64,000 nt of DNA from Escherichia coli (GTDB taxonomy: Bacteria; Pseudomonadota; Gammaproteobacteria; Enterobacterales; Enterobacteriaceae). Location: the NCBI RefSeq assembly GCF_002854065.1, contig NZ_CP024147.1; one strand, written 5' to 3'. Shown one piece after another: positions 44,463 to 53,851 of this stretch. Each line of letters begins with the position of its first letter. Position 1 is the first letter of the stretch. Under the pieces are notes generated by a model that did no database searches, had not been told where the DNA came from, and saw only the letters and a list, made by a program, of their open reading frames with translations. A program made the translations under genes and the position numbers.

Positions 44463-45777
44463 TCGCACCTCCTACATTTCCCGCCGCCACCAGCGGGAGG
44501 GCTTTGGTTTCTGGTGCCCATAGCCAGGTCACAACAAAACCAACCAACAACACTGCCGCCAGGAGCAATAAGGTGACTTGCATTCCCCACTGCGCCAGCA
44601 CCCACGGCAGCAGGCCAGTACTTACCGCCGCCCCCAACCGACTCATGGCGGTGGCAAAACCGACACCCAGCGAGCGAATGTCAGTAGGAAAACTTTCCGC
44701 AGGCAAAATGCCCACCAGATTACTGACTGCCGAAATGGTGGTGCTGAAGAGAACAAAAAGCAGTAGCGTTAATGAACTGCCGGAAGGCAAACAGGCCATC
44801 ACTACCAGCGTTGCCGCCAGCAGCAAAAAACTTCCCAGCAAAAACTTGCGATGTGCCAGCAGGTGCGTCAGAACTAATCCCAGCAGCGCGCCCACAATTA
44901 ACAACGCATTAAGCATCAGGCTGGCAGTCAGCGCATCTTCCAGTCCAATAGTCTGGGCGATAGTTGGCAGCCAGGTATAAATCACAAACCATGGGATTAC
45001 GAGGCAGACAAAGAAGACGCTGTTAAACGCCGTGCGCCGCCAGTAGCGCAAAGAGAACAAGGTTTTGATGTGTTTATGGGTCGCCGTTGCCACTTCATCG
45101 CCCAGTAAAACATGGGGACCAAAATAGCGATGCACGATAGCGTGAGCTTCTGCAAAACGCCCCTGGCGCAGTAGCCAGCGTGGCGATTCTGGCGTTCCCC
45201 AGCGTAATAACGTAATCAACAACGCGGGCAGAGCTGCCGATGCCAGCAGCCAGCGCCAGGCCTCCGGGTTTTCGGAAATAAAGTGATGTCCGGCAATACT
45301 TGCCAACACATAGCCTACGGTCCACACCACGCTGAATGCGCCCAGCAAAATACCGCGATGGCGGCGCGGGGAAAATTCAGCCAGCAAGGTGTGACCTACT
45401 GAGTAATCGCCTCCCAGACCAATGCCGATCAAAATGCGCAGCCCAATAAGATGCTCTGGCGTGGTGGCAAAAAATTGCAAGAACGAAGCGAGCGTAATCA
45501 GCAAAAAGCTGAAGGTGAAGATTTTTTGCCGACCAATATGGTCGGAGATCCACCCAAGAACCAGGCTGCCAAGAAACAAACCAAGGAGCGCCGAGCCGCC
45601 GATCATTCCCGCCATAAACGGCGTCAGTTGCATGGCGGGCGTAAGTTGAATAATGGCGTAACCAATGACGCCGAGAACATAACCGTCGGTCAGGTGTGCG
45701 CCGAAAGTGAGCGCAGCAATTCGACAGTGAAAACGGTTAAGCGGTAAATCATCCATTCGCACCGGTGAAGTGTTCAT
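44440..45777 (-). CDS. ygcS: MFS sugar-porter-family transporter
   Basis: Start at MNTSPVRMDDLPLNRFH inside longer ORF; 445 aa, 12 TM. Confidence 0.8.
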   Translation of the reverse strand: MNTSPVRMDDLPLNRFHCRIAALTFGAHLTDGYVLGVIGYAIIQLTPAMQLTPFMAGMIGGSALLGLFLGSLVLGWISDHIGRQKIFTFSFLLITLASFLQFFATTPEHLIGLRILIGIGLGGDYSVGHTLLAEFSPRRHRGILLGAFSVVWTVGYVLASIAGHHFISENPEAWRWLLASAALPALLITLLRWGTPESPRWLLRQGRFAEAHAIVHRYFGPHVLLGDEVATATHKHIKTLFSLRYWRRTAFNSVFFVCLVIPWFVIYTWLPTIAQTIGLEDALTASLMLNALLIVGALLGLVLTHLLAHRKFLLGSFLLLAATLVVMACLPSGSSLTLLLFVLFSTTISAVSNLVGILPAESFPTDIRSLGVGFATAMSRLGAAVSTGLLPWVLAQWGMQVTLLLLAAVLLVGFVVTWLWAPETKALPLVAAGNVGGANEHSVSV

Positions 45778-45870
45778 CTTTACCCCTTCATTGTCCGGTA
45801 ATAAGAACGGCTTCTCGCCTGAGAAGCCGAAAAGGCAACGCCCCATCATCGCAGAACGCTGCCTGACACA

Positions 45871-47325
45871 TTATTTTTCAATCGGATAGATAGTACCCGT
45901 ATTCATAATGCCGTTAGGATCGAACTGCTTTTTCAGCCCTTCCAGCAACGCCCACGCGCTGCCGTGTTCCAGCTTGCTCCAGTGAACGCGATGTTTACCG
46001 ATACCGTGGTGGTGCACCATCGAACCACCGAGGCGAATGGTTTCTTCGCAAATGATTTTGTTGAGCGGATTGTGGTACTTGTCGATTTCCTCTTCCGGCT
46101 TACAGTTGACAACGTTGTAGTCGTAGACGAAGTACATGTTGGTGCCGTTCTGATAGCTATGAGAGGAGTGACCGCCCAGCATAGTGATGTCGTCGGCGTG
46201 CGGGAACTCGGTACGAATACGGTTAATAACGCTTTCGTAGATTTCGTGGATGCAGCTCCAGCAGCCGGACACTTCGGTAGTAAAGCCCATGTTGCCGGTT
46301 TTGAGGATCTGCACACGTTCGGCAGCCACTTTATCCGGTCCCCAGTTCAGGTTGTTAAACCAGGTTTCGATCAGCTTGCTGTCCACGCGTTGGCATTGCG
46401 GGTAGCGGGCAACGATTTCCGCAATCCCTTCGCCCGTCGCCTTCGCAATGCGAGGGTTACCTTCAGCCATAAAGATCAGCACGCATTTTCCGTCGGCAAA
46501 ATGGGTGAAGTGTTGGGTGCCATCTTCAGCGTCATACAAACGAGCGATCGACGGACGATACCCTTCCACCATGATTTCACGCAGGATGTTGAAGCCGGTT
46601 TTCATGTCTTCCAGGATATAGCCGTAGAAGAGGTTGTTTTCCGGGGTGAATTTAAAGATTTTCACTGTTACTTCAGTGATATAGCACAATGCACCTTCGT
46701 TGCCGATGATGATGTGACGAATGTCCGGGCCAGCCGCGCGGCGTGGCACGTTTTTAATGCGTGTGACGGTGCCATCAGCCAATACTGCTTCCAGACCAAC
46801 GACCATATCTTCGATTGCGCCGTAGAGTGTGGAGAACTGCCCGATACTGCGGGTTGCTACCAGGCCGCCCATCTGCGCCAGCGGCTTTGACTGCGGAGAA
46901 TGCCCCGTGGTGTAACCTTTTTCACGCAACGCGTTTTCCAGCACTTCCAGGGGAACGCCACATTGCGCCGTCGCCTGCATATTCTCAATATCAATATTAA
47001 TGATTTGATTCATGGCGGAGCCGTCGAGCACCACCGAGTTTTCTACAACAGTTTCCAGCCCACCTTCGGTGGCGGAAGCACCGGTACGCGGCACACCGTT
47101 AATTTTGTGCGCATTCATAAAATTCAGCACACGGGATATTTGCTCTGTGGAACCGAGTTTTACGACCGCTGCCGGAATCGGCAAAGTATAAATGCCATGA
47201 ATATCCGGAAATTTACGAAAACGGTCAATACTGTTCTTCTTTAATACTGTTTCATCGGTAATTACGCGATCTGCACCAACAATTTCCTTTAGCTGGTCGA
47301 CAATCGCTGCGCGAGATAAAGACAT
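45871..47325 (-). CDS. ygcU: FAD-linked oxidase
   Basis: 484-aa ORF, FAD-binding PCMH-type domain. Confidence 0.85.
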   Translation of the reverse strand: MSLSRAAIVDQLKEIVGADRVITDETVLKKNSIDRFRKFPDIHGIYTLPIPAAVVKLGSTEQISRVLNFMNAHKINGVPRTGASATEGGLETVVENSVVLDGSAMNQIINIDIENMQATAQCGVPLEVLENALREKGYTTGHSPQSKPLAQMGGLVATRSIGQFSTLYGAIEDMVVGLEAVLADGTVTRIKNVPRRAAGPDIRHIIIGNEGALCYITEVTVKIFKFTPENNLFYGYILEDMKTGFNILREIMVEGYRPSIARLYDAEDGTQHFTHFADGKCVLIFMAEGNPRIAKATGEGIAEIVARYPQCQRVDSKLIETWFNNLNWGPDKVAAERVQILKTGNMGFTTEVSGCWSCIHEIYESVINRIRTEFPHADDITMLGGHSSHSYQNGTNMYFVYDYNVVNCKPEEEIDKYHNPLNKIICEETIRLGGSMVHHHGIGKHRVHWSKLEHGSAWALLEGLKKQFDPNGIMNTGTIYPIEK

Positions 47326-47394
47326 AGTAATTCCTTCCTGATAATAAAAATGGAATAATCATTAATAAGAGAAAACAGAAACCACCGTTATGGG

Positions 47395-48180
47395 TTAGCG
47401 CACTAAATAACCGCCATCAACTACTAATAAATGCCCGTTGACATAATTCGATGCCGGACTTGCGAGGAATACGGCTGCGCCCATTAAATCCTGAGTATCG
47501 CCCCAACGGTTTGCCGGAATATGATCAAGAACGCGCTGATTGGTTTCTGGATTACTACGTGTCGCCAGCGTAATATCTGTTGCATAATAGCCAGGGGCGA
47601 TACCATTTACCTGAATATTATATTGACCTAGTTCATCACAATAAGCTTTGGTGAACCCGGCAAGAGCATGTTTAGTGGCAGAATATGCAGGTGACCATTG
47701 TCCACCTAAGTAAGAGAATAATGAACAGATATTAATTATTTTACCGCTTTTCTGCGGGATCATAATTTTTGCCGCTTCATAGCTTAACTCGAATGCGGCG
47801 GTCAGGTTCACATCAATCATCGGGTCCCAGTCGGCACGACCGAAGTCCAGCACCTTATTCAGCTTACAAATACCGGCATTGTTAACCAGAATATCGACGG
47901 TACCGAAACGTTCGCAACAGGCGGCGATTATCTTCTGCGGCGCGCCTTCTGCGGTGATATCCACCTGCATGAAGTCCACCTCAACACCCTGTTTTTCAAT
48001 CATTTCCTTTGTTTCGCCGTTATCTTTGACGAAGCTAGGAATAAAGACATTTGCGCCTGCTTTGGCCAACGCCATGGCAAATGCCTGGCCTAAACCGCTA
48101 TTCCCGCCGGTAACAATTGCGGTTTTACCTTTCAGGGAGAAAAAATCCATTGAGAACGCATTGAGAGATTCGATTGACAT
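47395..48180 (-). CDS. ygcW: Short-chain dehydrogenase/reductase
   Basis: Start at MSIESLNAF inside longer ORF; TGGNSGLG cofactor motif; 261 aa. Confidence 0.8.
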   Translation of the reverse strand: MSIESLNAFSMDFFSLKGKTAIVTGGNSGLGQAFAMALAKAGANVFIPSFVKDNGETKEMIEKQGVEVDFMQVDITAEGAPQKIIAACCERFGTVDILVNNAGICKLNKVLDFGRADWDPMIDVNLTAAFELSYEAAKIMIPQKSGKIINICSLFSYLGGQWSPAYSATKHALAGFTKAYCDELGQYNIQVNGIAPGYYATDITLATRSNPETNQRVLDHIPANRWGDTQDLMGAAVFLASPASNYVNGHLLVVDGGYLVR

Positions 48181-48499
48181 AGTTAGCTCCAATTTCCGTA
48201 AGGCAAAAAAAAAAGAAAGGTAACTTCCCCCGCGAGAGGGAAGTTACCTTTCTCATTATCTCTGGTAACTGGAGATAATTTTTAGCATAAGGGCATAACT
48301 GCTAATGTGATCGTAATCACAGTGTGATATTCGCATTATCAAATAGTTTTAAAAAGCAGAAGCGTGATTACTCTCACACAACACCTCTGCTTTCCATGTT
48401 ATTTCTTATTGCAATTACTAGAGACCTGAGAAAAGTAATCCACCTGAAAGGGCGGCTTACTTTTCTCTTTTTTTTGTCTATTACAAATGGGAATACGAT

Positions 48500-49777
48500 A
48501 TGCAACACAACTCATATCGCCGTTGGATAACCCTCGCGATAATTAGTTTTAGCGGCGGCGTTAGTTTCGACCTGGCTTATTTACGTTATATTTATCAAAT
48601 TCCCATGGCGAAATTTATGGGATTCAGCAATACCGAGATAGGCTTAATAATGAGTACCTTTGGTATTGCTGCTATTATTCTTTATGCCCCCAGCGGCGTT
48701 ATTGCCGATAAATTTTCACACCGCAAAATGATTACTTCCGCGATGATCATTACCGGATTACTGGGTCTGTTAATGGCAACGTATCCACCGCTGTGGGTAA
48801 TGCTCTGTATTCAGGTCGCCTTTGCGATAACAACGATTTTAATGCTGTGGTCGGTGTCGATTAAAGCCGCATCGTTGCTTGGCGATCATAGCGAGCAAGG
48901 GAAAATTATGGGCTGGATGGAAGGGCTGCGCGGCGTCGGTGTAATGTCGCTGGCGGTGTTTACCATGTGGGTCTTTTCTCGCTTTGCACCGGATGACAGC
49001 GCCAGCCTGAAAACGGTCATTATCATCTACAGTGTGGTTTACATCTTGTTGGGGCTTCTGTGCTGGTTTTTTGTTAGCGATAACAACAACCTGCGCAGTG
49101 CCAATAACGAAGAAAAACAGTCATTCCAGCTTAGCGATATCCTGGCCGTTTTGCGTATCAGTACCACCTGGTATTGCAGCATGGTGATTTTTGGTGTCTT
49201 CACCATCTACGCCATTCTGAGTTACTCCACCAACTATCTGACCGAAATGTACGGCATGTCGCTGGTGGCGGCGAGCTACATGGGGATTGTGATCAACAAA
49301 ATCTTCCGCGCGCTGTGCGGCCCACTTGGCGGCATAATCACCACCTACAGCAAAGTGAAATCCCCTACCCGCGTGATCCAAATCCTTTCCGTACTCGGCC
49401 TGCTGGCGTTAACTGCCCTGCTCGTCACGAACTCTAACCCGCAATCGGTCGCGATGGGGATTGGCCTGATTTTACTGCTGGGATTCACCTGTTACGCCTC
49501 ACGCGGGCTGTACTGGGCCTGCCCTGGCGAAGCGAGAACACCGTCTTACATTATGGGCACCACGGTAGGTATTTGCTCGGTGATTGGATTCCTGCCGGAT
49601 GTCTTCGTTTACCCAATTATCGGCCACTGGCAAGACACCCTGCCCGCAGCAGAAGCCTACCGCAATATGTGGCTGATGGGCATGGCGGCGCTTGCCATGG
49701 TGATTGTCTTTACCTTTTTGCTGTTCCAAAAAATTCGTACTGCTGATAGCGCCCCCGCAATGGCTAGCAGCAAGTAA
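48500..49777 (+). CDS. yqcE: MFS transporter
   Basis: 425-aa polytopic membrane ORF. Confidence 0.8.
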   Translation: MQHNSYRRWITLAIISFSGGVSFDLAYLRYIYQIPMAKFMGFSNTEIGLIMSTFGIAAIILYAPSGVIADKFSHRKMITSAMIITGLLGLLMATYPPLWVMLCIQVAFAITTILMLWSVSIKAASLLGDHSEQGKIMGWMEGLRGVGVMSLAVFTMWVFSRFAPDDSASLKTVIIIYSVVYILLGLLCWFFVSDNNNLRSANNEEKQSFQLSDILAVLRISTTWYCSMVIFGVFTIYAILSYSTNYLTEMYGMSLVAASYMGIVINKIFRALCGPLGGIITTYSKVKSPTRVIQILSVLGLLALTALLVTNSNPQSVAMGIGLILLLGFTCYASRGLYWACPGEARTPSYIMGTTVGICSVIGFLPDVFVYPIIGHWQDTLPAAEAYRNMWLMGMAALAMVIVFTFLLFQKIRTADSAPAMASSK

Positions 49778-49803
49778 GCCAGGAAAATTACAGGAGAAAA
49801 ATC

Positions 49804-51282
49804 ATGTCGAAGAAATACATCATAGGGATTGATGGCGGAAGTCAGAGCACAAAAGTGGTGATGTACGATCTGGAAGGTAACGTGGTTTGCGAAGGCAAAG
49901 GTTTATTGCAGCCGATGCACACGCCAGATGCCGATACCGCAGAACATCCTGACGACGATTTATGGGCATCATTATGTTTTGCCGGTCACGATTTGATGAG
50001 TCAGTTTGCCGGGAATAAAGAAGATATTGTCGGTATTGGTCTGGGATCCATCCGTTGCTGCCGTGCGTTATTGAAAGCCGATGGCACGCCTGCTGCGCCG
50101 TTGATTAGCTGGCAGGATGCACGCGTAACGCGTCCCTACGAACACACTAATCCTGACGTGGCCTATGTCACCTCTTTTTCGGGTTATCTGACGCATCGCT
50201 TAACCGGCGAGTTTAAAGACAATATCGCCAACTATTTTGGTCAGTGGCCGGTGGATTATAAGACCTGGGCATGGAGTGAAGATGCTGCGGTAATGGATAA
50301 GTTTAATATCCCCCGTCATATGCTGTTTGATGTGCAAATGCCTGGCACCGTCCTCGGACATATCACACCACAAGCCGCACTGGCGACACATTTCCCGGCA
50401 GGACTGCCGGTTGTTTGTACCACCAGTGATAAACCGGTAGAAGCTCTGGGGGCCGGATTACTGGATGATGAAACGGCGGTAATTTCTCTTGGCACCTACA
50501 TCGCGCTGATGATGAACGGCAAAGCACTGCCGAAAGATCCGGTGGCGTACTGGCCGATTATGTCTTCTATTCCGCAAACATTGCTGTATGAAGGTTACGG
50601 TATCCGTAAAGGCATGTGGACGGTGAGCTGGCTGCGCGACATGCTAGGCGAGTCGTTAATTCAGGATGCCAGGGCGCAGGATCTTTCACCGGAAGATTTA
50701 CTCAACAAAAAAGCTTCTTGTGTGCCGCCAGACTGTAATGGTCTGATGACGGTGCTGGACTGGCTGACCAATCCGTGGGAACCGTACAAACGCGGGATTA
50801 TGATCGGCTTTGATTCCAGCATGGATTACGCATGGATATATCGTTCGATACTGGAAAGCGTGGCGCTGACGCTGAAGAACAATTACGACAATATGTGTAA
50901 TGAAATGAATCACTTTGCGAAGCATGTGATCATTACTGGCGGCGGTTCGAACAGCGATCTGTTTATGCAGATTTTTGCCGACGTGTTCAACCTTCCGGCA
51001 CGACGTAACGCCATTAACGGTTGTGCAAGTCTGGGGGCAGCGATTAATACCGCGGTAGGTCTGGGGCTATACCCGGATTACGCAACGGCTGTCGATAAAA
51101 TGGTTCGCGTGAAAGATATCTTTATACCGATTGAGAGCAATGCCAAACGCTACGACGCGATGAATAAAGGCATTTTCAAAGACCTAACCAAACATACTGA
51201 TGTGATTCTGAAAAAATCGTATGAAGTGATGCATGGGGAATTGGGAAATGCGGATTCGATCCAGAGCTGGTCGAATGCGTAA
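49804..51282 (+). CDS. ygcE: FGGY-family carbohydrate kinase
   Basis: 492-aa ORF starting MSKKYIIGIDGGSQSTK. Confidence 0.85.
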   Translation: MSKKYIIGIDGGSQSTKVVMYDLEGNVVCEGKGLLQPMHTPDADTAEHPDDDLWASLCFAGHDLMSQFAGNKEDIVGIGLGSIRCCRALLKADGTPAAPLISWQDARVTRPYEHTNPDVAYVTSFSGYLTHRLTGEFKDNIANYFGQWPVDYKTWAWSEDAAVMDKFNIPRHMLFDVQMPGTVLGHITPQAALATHFPAGLPVVCTTSDKPVEALGAGLLDDETAVISLGTYIALMMNGKALPKDPVAYWPIMSSIPQTLLYEGYGIRKGMWTVSWLRDMLGESLIQDARAQDLSPEDLLNKKASCVPPDCNGLMTVLDWLTNPWEPYKRGIMIGFDSSMDYAWIYRSILESVALTLKNNYDNMCNEMNHFAKHVIITGGGSNSDLFMQIFADVFNLPARRNAINGCASLGAAINTAVGLGLYPDYATAVDKMVRVKDIFIPIESNAKRYDAMNKGIFKDLTKHTDVILKKSYEVMHGELGNADSIQSWSNA

Positions 51283-51329
51283 GTGAGGAAGGCCGGGCGG
51301 GAAACAGCACGGCCTGAACATACCTGAAT

Positions 51330-51500
51330 GGTTATCCCCGCTGACGCGGGGAACTCTCTAAACATAACCTATTATTAATTAATGATTTTTTAAGCCAGTC
51401 ACAATCTACCAACTTTACAGTATCACACAAACAACACATCCATCATGTTAAAGAGCACTTAACCCATTGATTAAAAAGGTAAATATTTAAAATAACTCTA
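51330..51500 (-). CDS. placeholder
   Basis: placeholder. Confidence 0.
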
Positions 51501-51694
51501 TACAAACTAAAATCTACCAAACTTTACCGCAATAATTTTCACTCCAGCGAAAAATTAACGCCACAGAATTTGTAGAGAATGATAATGATTAGTTCAGGAT
51601 GGGCAAAATGGAGGTTTTTCAGAGACGACAAAGAATATAAATGAGTAGAAGTCTTTACAGGTTCCACCCATTTATAACGCTTATAAATGTTTAA

Positions 51695-52366
51695 TCAGGC
51701 AATATTTAAATATTTATGGGTTTGCATCGACAAACGCCAATTACGCGCAATGCAGGTTTCAATGCACAAACGTGTGGCATCATCCTTTTGGCTAATCGGC
51801 TGCAGTGCAATGACTCGCGGTTTATCATCGGTCAGCGTCGCCAAAAGTTCATCCAGTGCTTCAATATCACGTACGCGTCCCACTGGATGCTTGATTTCGT
51901 TGGCTCGCTCCAGTGCCTGTGACAACACTTCATAGCCGCCGCGCATGTTCAGCTTTGGCGATACGGTAACCCAGGTATTCGGTGTACAGCGTACTTCATG
52001 AGTACCACTGGTTTCGATCTGGCAGCTAAAACCGTTCTTTTCGAGCAGGTCAGTCAGTGGTAGCAAATCATGAATGCAAGGCTCACCACCCGTAATCACC
52101 ACATGCCGCGCGGTGTATCCCTGGCGACCAATGACAGCCAGCAAGTCTTCACTGCTCGCCGCCCCCCACTTATCACTCTCTTTGGTCTTCGCCAGAATGC
52201 TGAAAAGGGAGACTTCCCGATCCTCAAGCTTTTCCCAGGTGTGTTTGGTGTCGCACCAGGCACAGCCAACCGGGCATCCCTGTAAACGAATAAAAATGGC
52301 GGGGACGCCGGTAAAGTAACCCTCACCTTGCAGGGTCTGGAACATCTCGTTAATCGGGTACTGCAT
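51695..52366 (-). CDS. queE: 7-carboxy-7-deazaguanine synthase (radical SAM)
   Basis: 223-aa ORF with CxxxCxxC-type radical-SAM cysteine cluster. Confidence 0.9.
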   Translation of the reverse strand: MQYPINEMFQTLQGEGYFTGVPAIFIRLQGCPVGCAWCDTKHTWEKLEDREVSLFSILAKTKESDKWGAASSEDLLAVIGRQGYTARHVVITGGEPCIHDLLPLTDLLEKNGFSCQIETSGTHEVRCTPNTWVTVSPKLNMRGGYEVLSQALERANEIKHPVGRVRDIEALDELLATLTDDKPRVIALQPISQKDDATRLCIETCIARNWRLSMQTHKYLNIA

Positions 52367-52520
52367 AGCATTCTCTGTGAAGTGGATAATTGTTAATTAT
52401 TGCAGATCCTGCCGCAACAATCATGTCTTATTAACATTCTGTTACAGGCAGGTTTAAGGCAAAAAGTGCATTAGATCATAAAGAATAAAATGAAGCGGCG
52501 TATTATGTTTTAAGGAATTA

Positions 52521-52692
52521 ATGAAAAAGGATTTAAACATGCTCAGGATATTCATCGTAATTATATTTATTTTCAATTTATCAGGCTGTGGATATAACGA
52601 TATTCAAACCTATGATGAGCAGGTTAACGCCTCCTGGTCTGAGGTATTAAATCAATATCAACGTCGCGCCGATCTTATTCCTAATCTTGTCG
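52521..52692 (+). pseudogene. LemA-family lipoprotein gene, 5' fragment truncated by IS1
   Basis: AAGGA RBS; MKKDLNMLRIFIVIIFIFNLSGCGYN... with LSGC lipobox; reading frame runs into IS1 left end after 57 codons. Confidence 0.6.
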
Positions 52693-52747
52693 GGTGATGC
52701 TGCCAACTTACTGATTTAGTGTATGATGGTGTTTTTGAGGTGCTCCA

Positions 52748-53023
52748 GTGGCTTCTGTTTCTATCAGCTGTCCCTCCTGTTCAGCTACTGACGGGGTGGT
52801 GCGTAACGGCAAAAGCACTGCCGGACATCAGCGCTATCTCTGCTCTCACTGCCGTAAAACATGGCAACTGCAGTTCACTTACACCGCTTCTCAACCCGGT
52901 ACGCACCAGAAAATCATTGATATGGCCATGAATGGCGTTGGATGCCGGGCAACCGCCCGCATTATGGGCGTTGGCCTCAACACGATTTTCCGCCATTTAA
53001 AAAACTCAGGCCGCAGTCGGTAA
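52748..53023 (+). CDS. insA: IS1 InsA
   Basis: 91 aa [21 protein letters not shown]..., GTG start. Confidence 0.9.
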   Translation: MASVSISCPSCSATDGVVRNGKSTAGHQRYLCSHCRKTWQLQFTYTASQPGTHQKIIDMAMNGVGCRATARIMGVGLNTIFRHLKNSGRSR

Positions 53024-53445
53024 CCTCGCGCATACAGCCGGGCAGTGACGTCATCGTCTGCGCGGAAATGGACGAACAGTGGGGATACGTCGGGGCTAAA
53101 TCGCGCCAGCGCTGGCTGTTTTACGCGTATGACAGGCTCCGGAAGACGGTTGTTGCGCACGTATTCGGTGAACGCACTATGGCGACGCTGGGGCGTCTTA
53201 TGAGCCTGCTGTCACCCTTTGACGTGGTGATATGGATGACGGATGGCTGGCCGCTGTATGAATCCCGCCTGAAGGGAAAGCTGCACGTAATCAGCAAGCG
53301 ATATACGCAGCGAATTGAGCGGCATAACCTGAATCTGAGGCAGCACCTGGCACGGCTGGGACGGAAGTCGCTGTCGTTCTCAAAATCGGTGGAGCTGCAT
53401 GACAAAGTCATCGGGCATTATCTGAACATAAAACACTATCAATAA
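52942..53445 (+). CDS. insB: IS1 InsB (transposase C-terminal part, expressed as InsAB' by -1 frameshift)
   Basis: 167-aa ORF in -1 frame relative to insA, recognised IS1 InsB. Confidence 0.85.
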   Translation: MPGNRPHYGRWPQHDFPPFKKLRPQSVTSRIQPGSDVIVCAEMDEQWGYVGAKSRQRWLFYAYDRLRKTVVAHVFGERTMATLGRLMSLLSPFDVVIWMTDGWPLYESRLKGKLHVISKRYTQRIERHNLNLRQHLARLGRKSLSFSKSVELHDKVIGHYLNIKHYQ

Positions 53446-53462
53446 GTTGGAGTCATTACCTG

Positions 53463-53846
53463 ATGCTGGCCCCAAAAAATAAAAACGCTAAAGTGAAAAA
53501 ACAAAAGAAGACTCCGCAGGTTCGTGAATCAGGACGAAATTCATTGTTTGTCGTGATGCTGATAATTATTGTGGGATGGTGCCTGGTGTTCGCCAGTATT
53601 AAAGATATTGCATTCATCTCAACAATTATTGGGTTAATTGATCATTTTATCGGTCCAATAACCATTGCTGGCATCGTTCTGCTGATCATTGTGGCCAAAT
53701 TTACTGGCAATCTTAAGCTGGGATCAGGAGAAAAAAGCAACAGGAAAACGGGGAATCGTAATGCTCACTCTCGCTCTTCGTCGAGAAATTCTTTCCGCGG
53801 TGGTGGCGGTTCTTCAGGAGGCGGCGGTTCATCCGGCCGTTGGTGA
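53463..53846 (+). pseudogene. 3' fragment of a TPM-domain/YgcG-like membrane protein gene, lacking its 5' end
   Basis: Begins immediately after IS1 right end; two TM helices and GGGGSSGGGGSSGRW tail paralogous to ygcG C-terminus. Confidence 0.5.
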
Positions 53847-53851
53847 TCGTA

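Larger units (their letters stand above)
52693..53460 (+). mobile_element. IS1 insertion sequence, complete 768-bp copy
   Basis: Left end GGTGATGCTGCCAACTTACTGAT, right end ...AAGTTGGAGTCATTACC, insA and insB ORFs, A6C frameshift motif TTAAAAAACTC. Confidence 0.9.

Noticed and set aside
51357-51694. Further CRISPR repeats or spacers in the AT-rich ygcE-queE spacer
   Set aside because: No second copy of the ccccgc...gcgggg core is present. Only one repeat exists, so this is a vestige, not an array.
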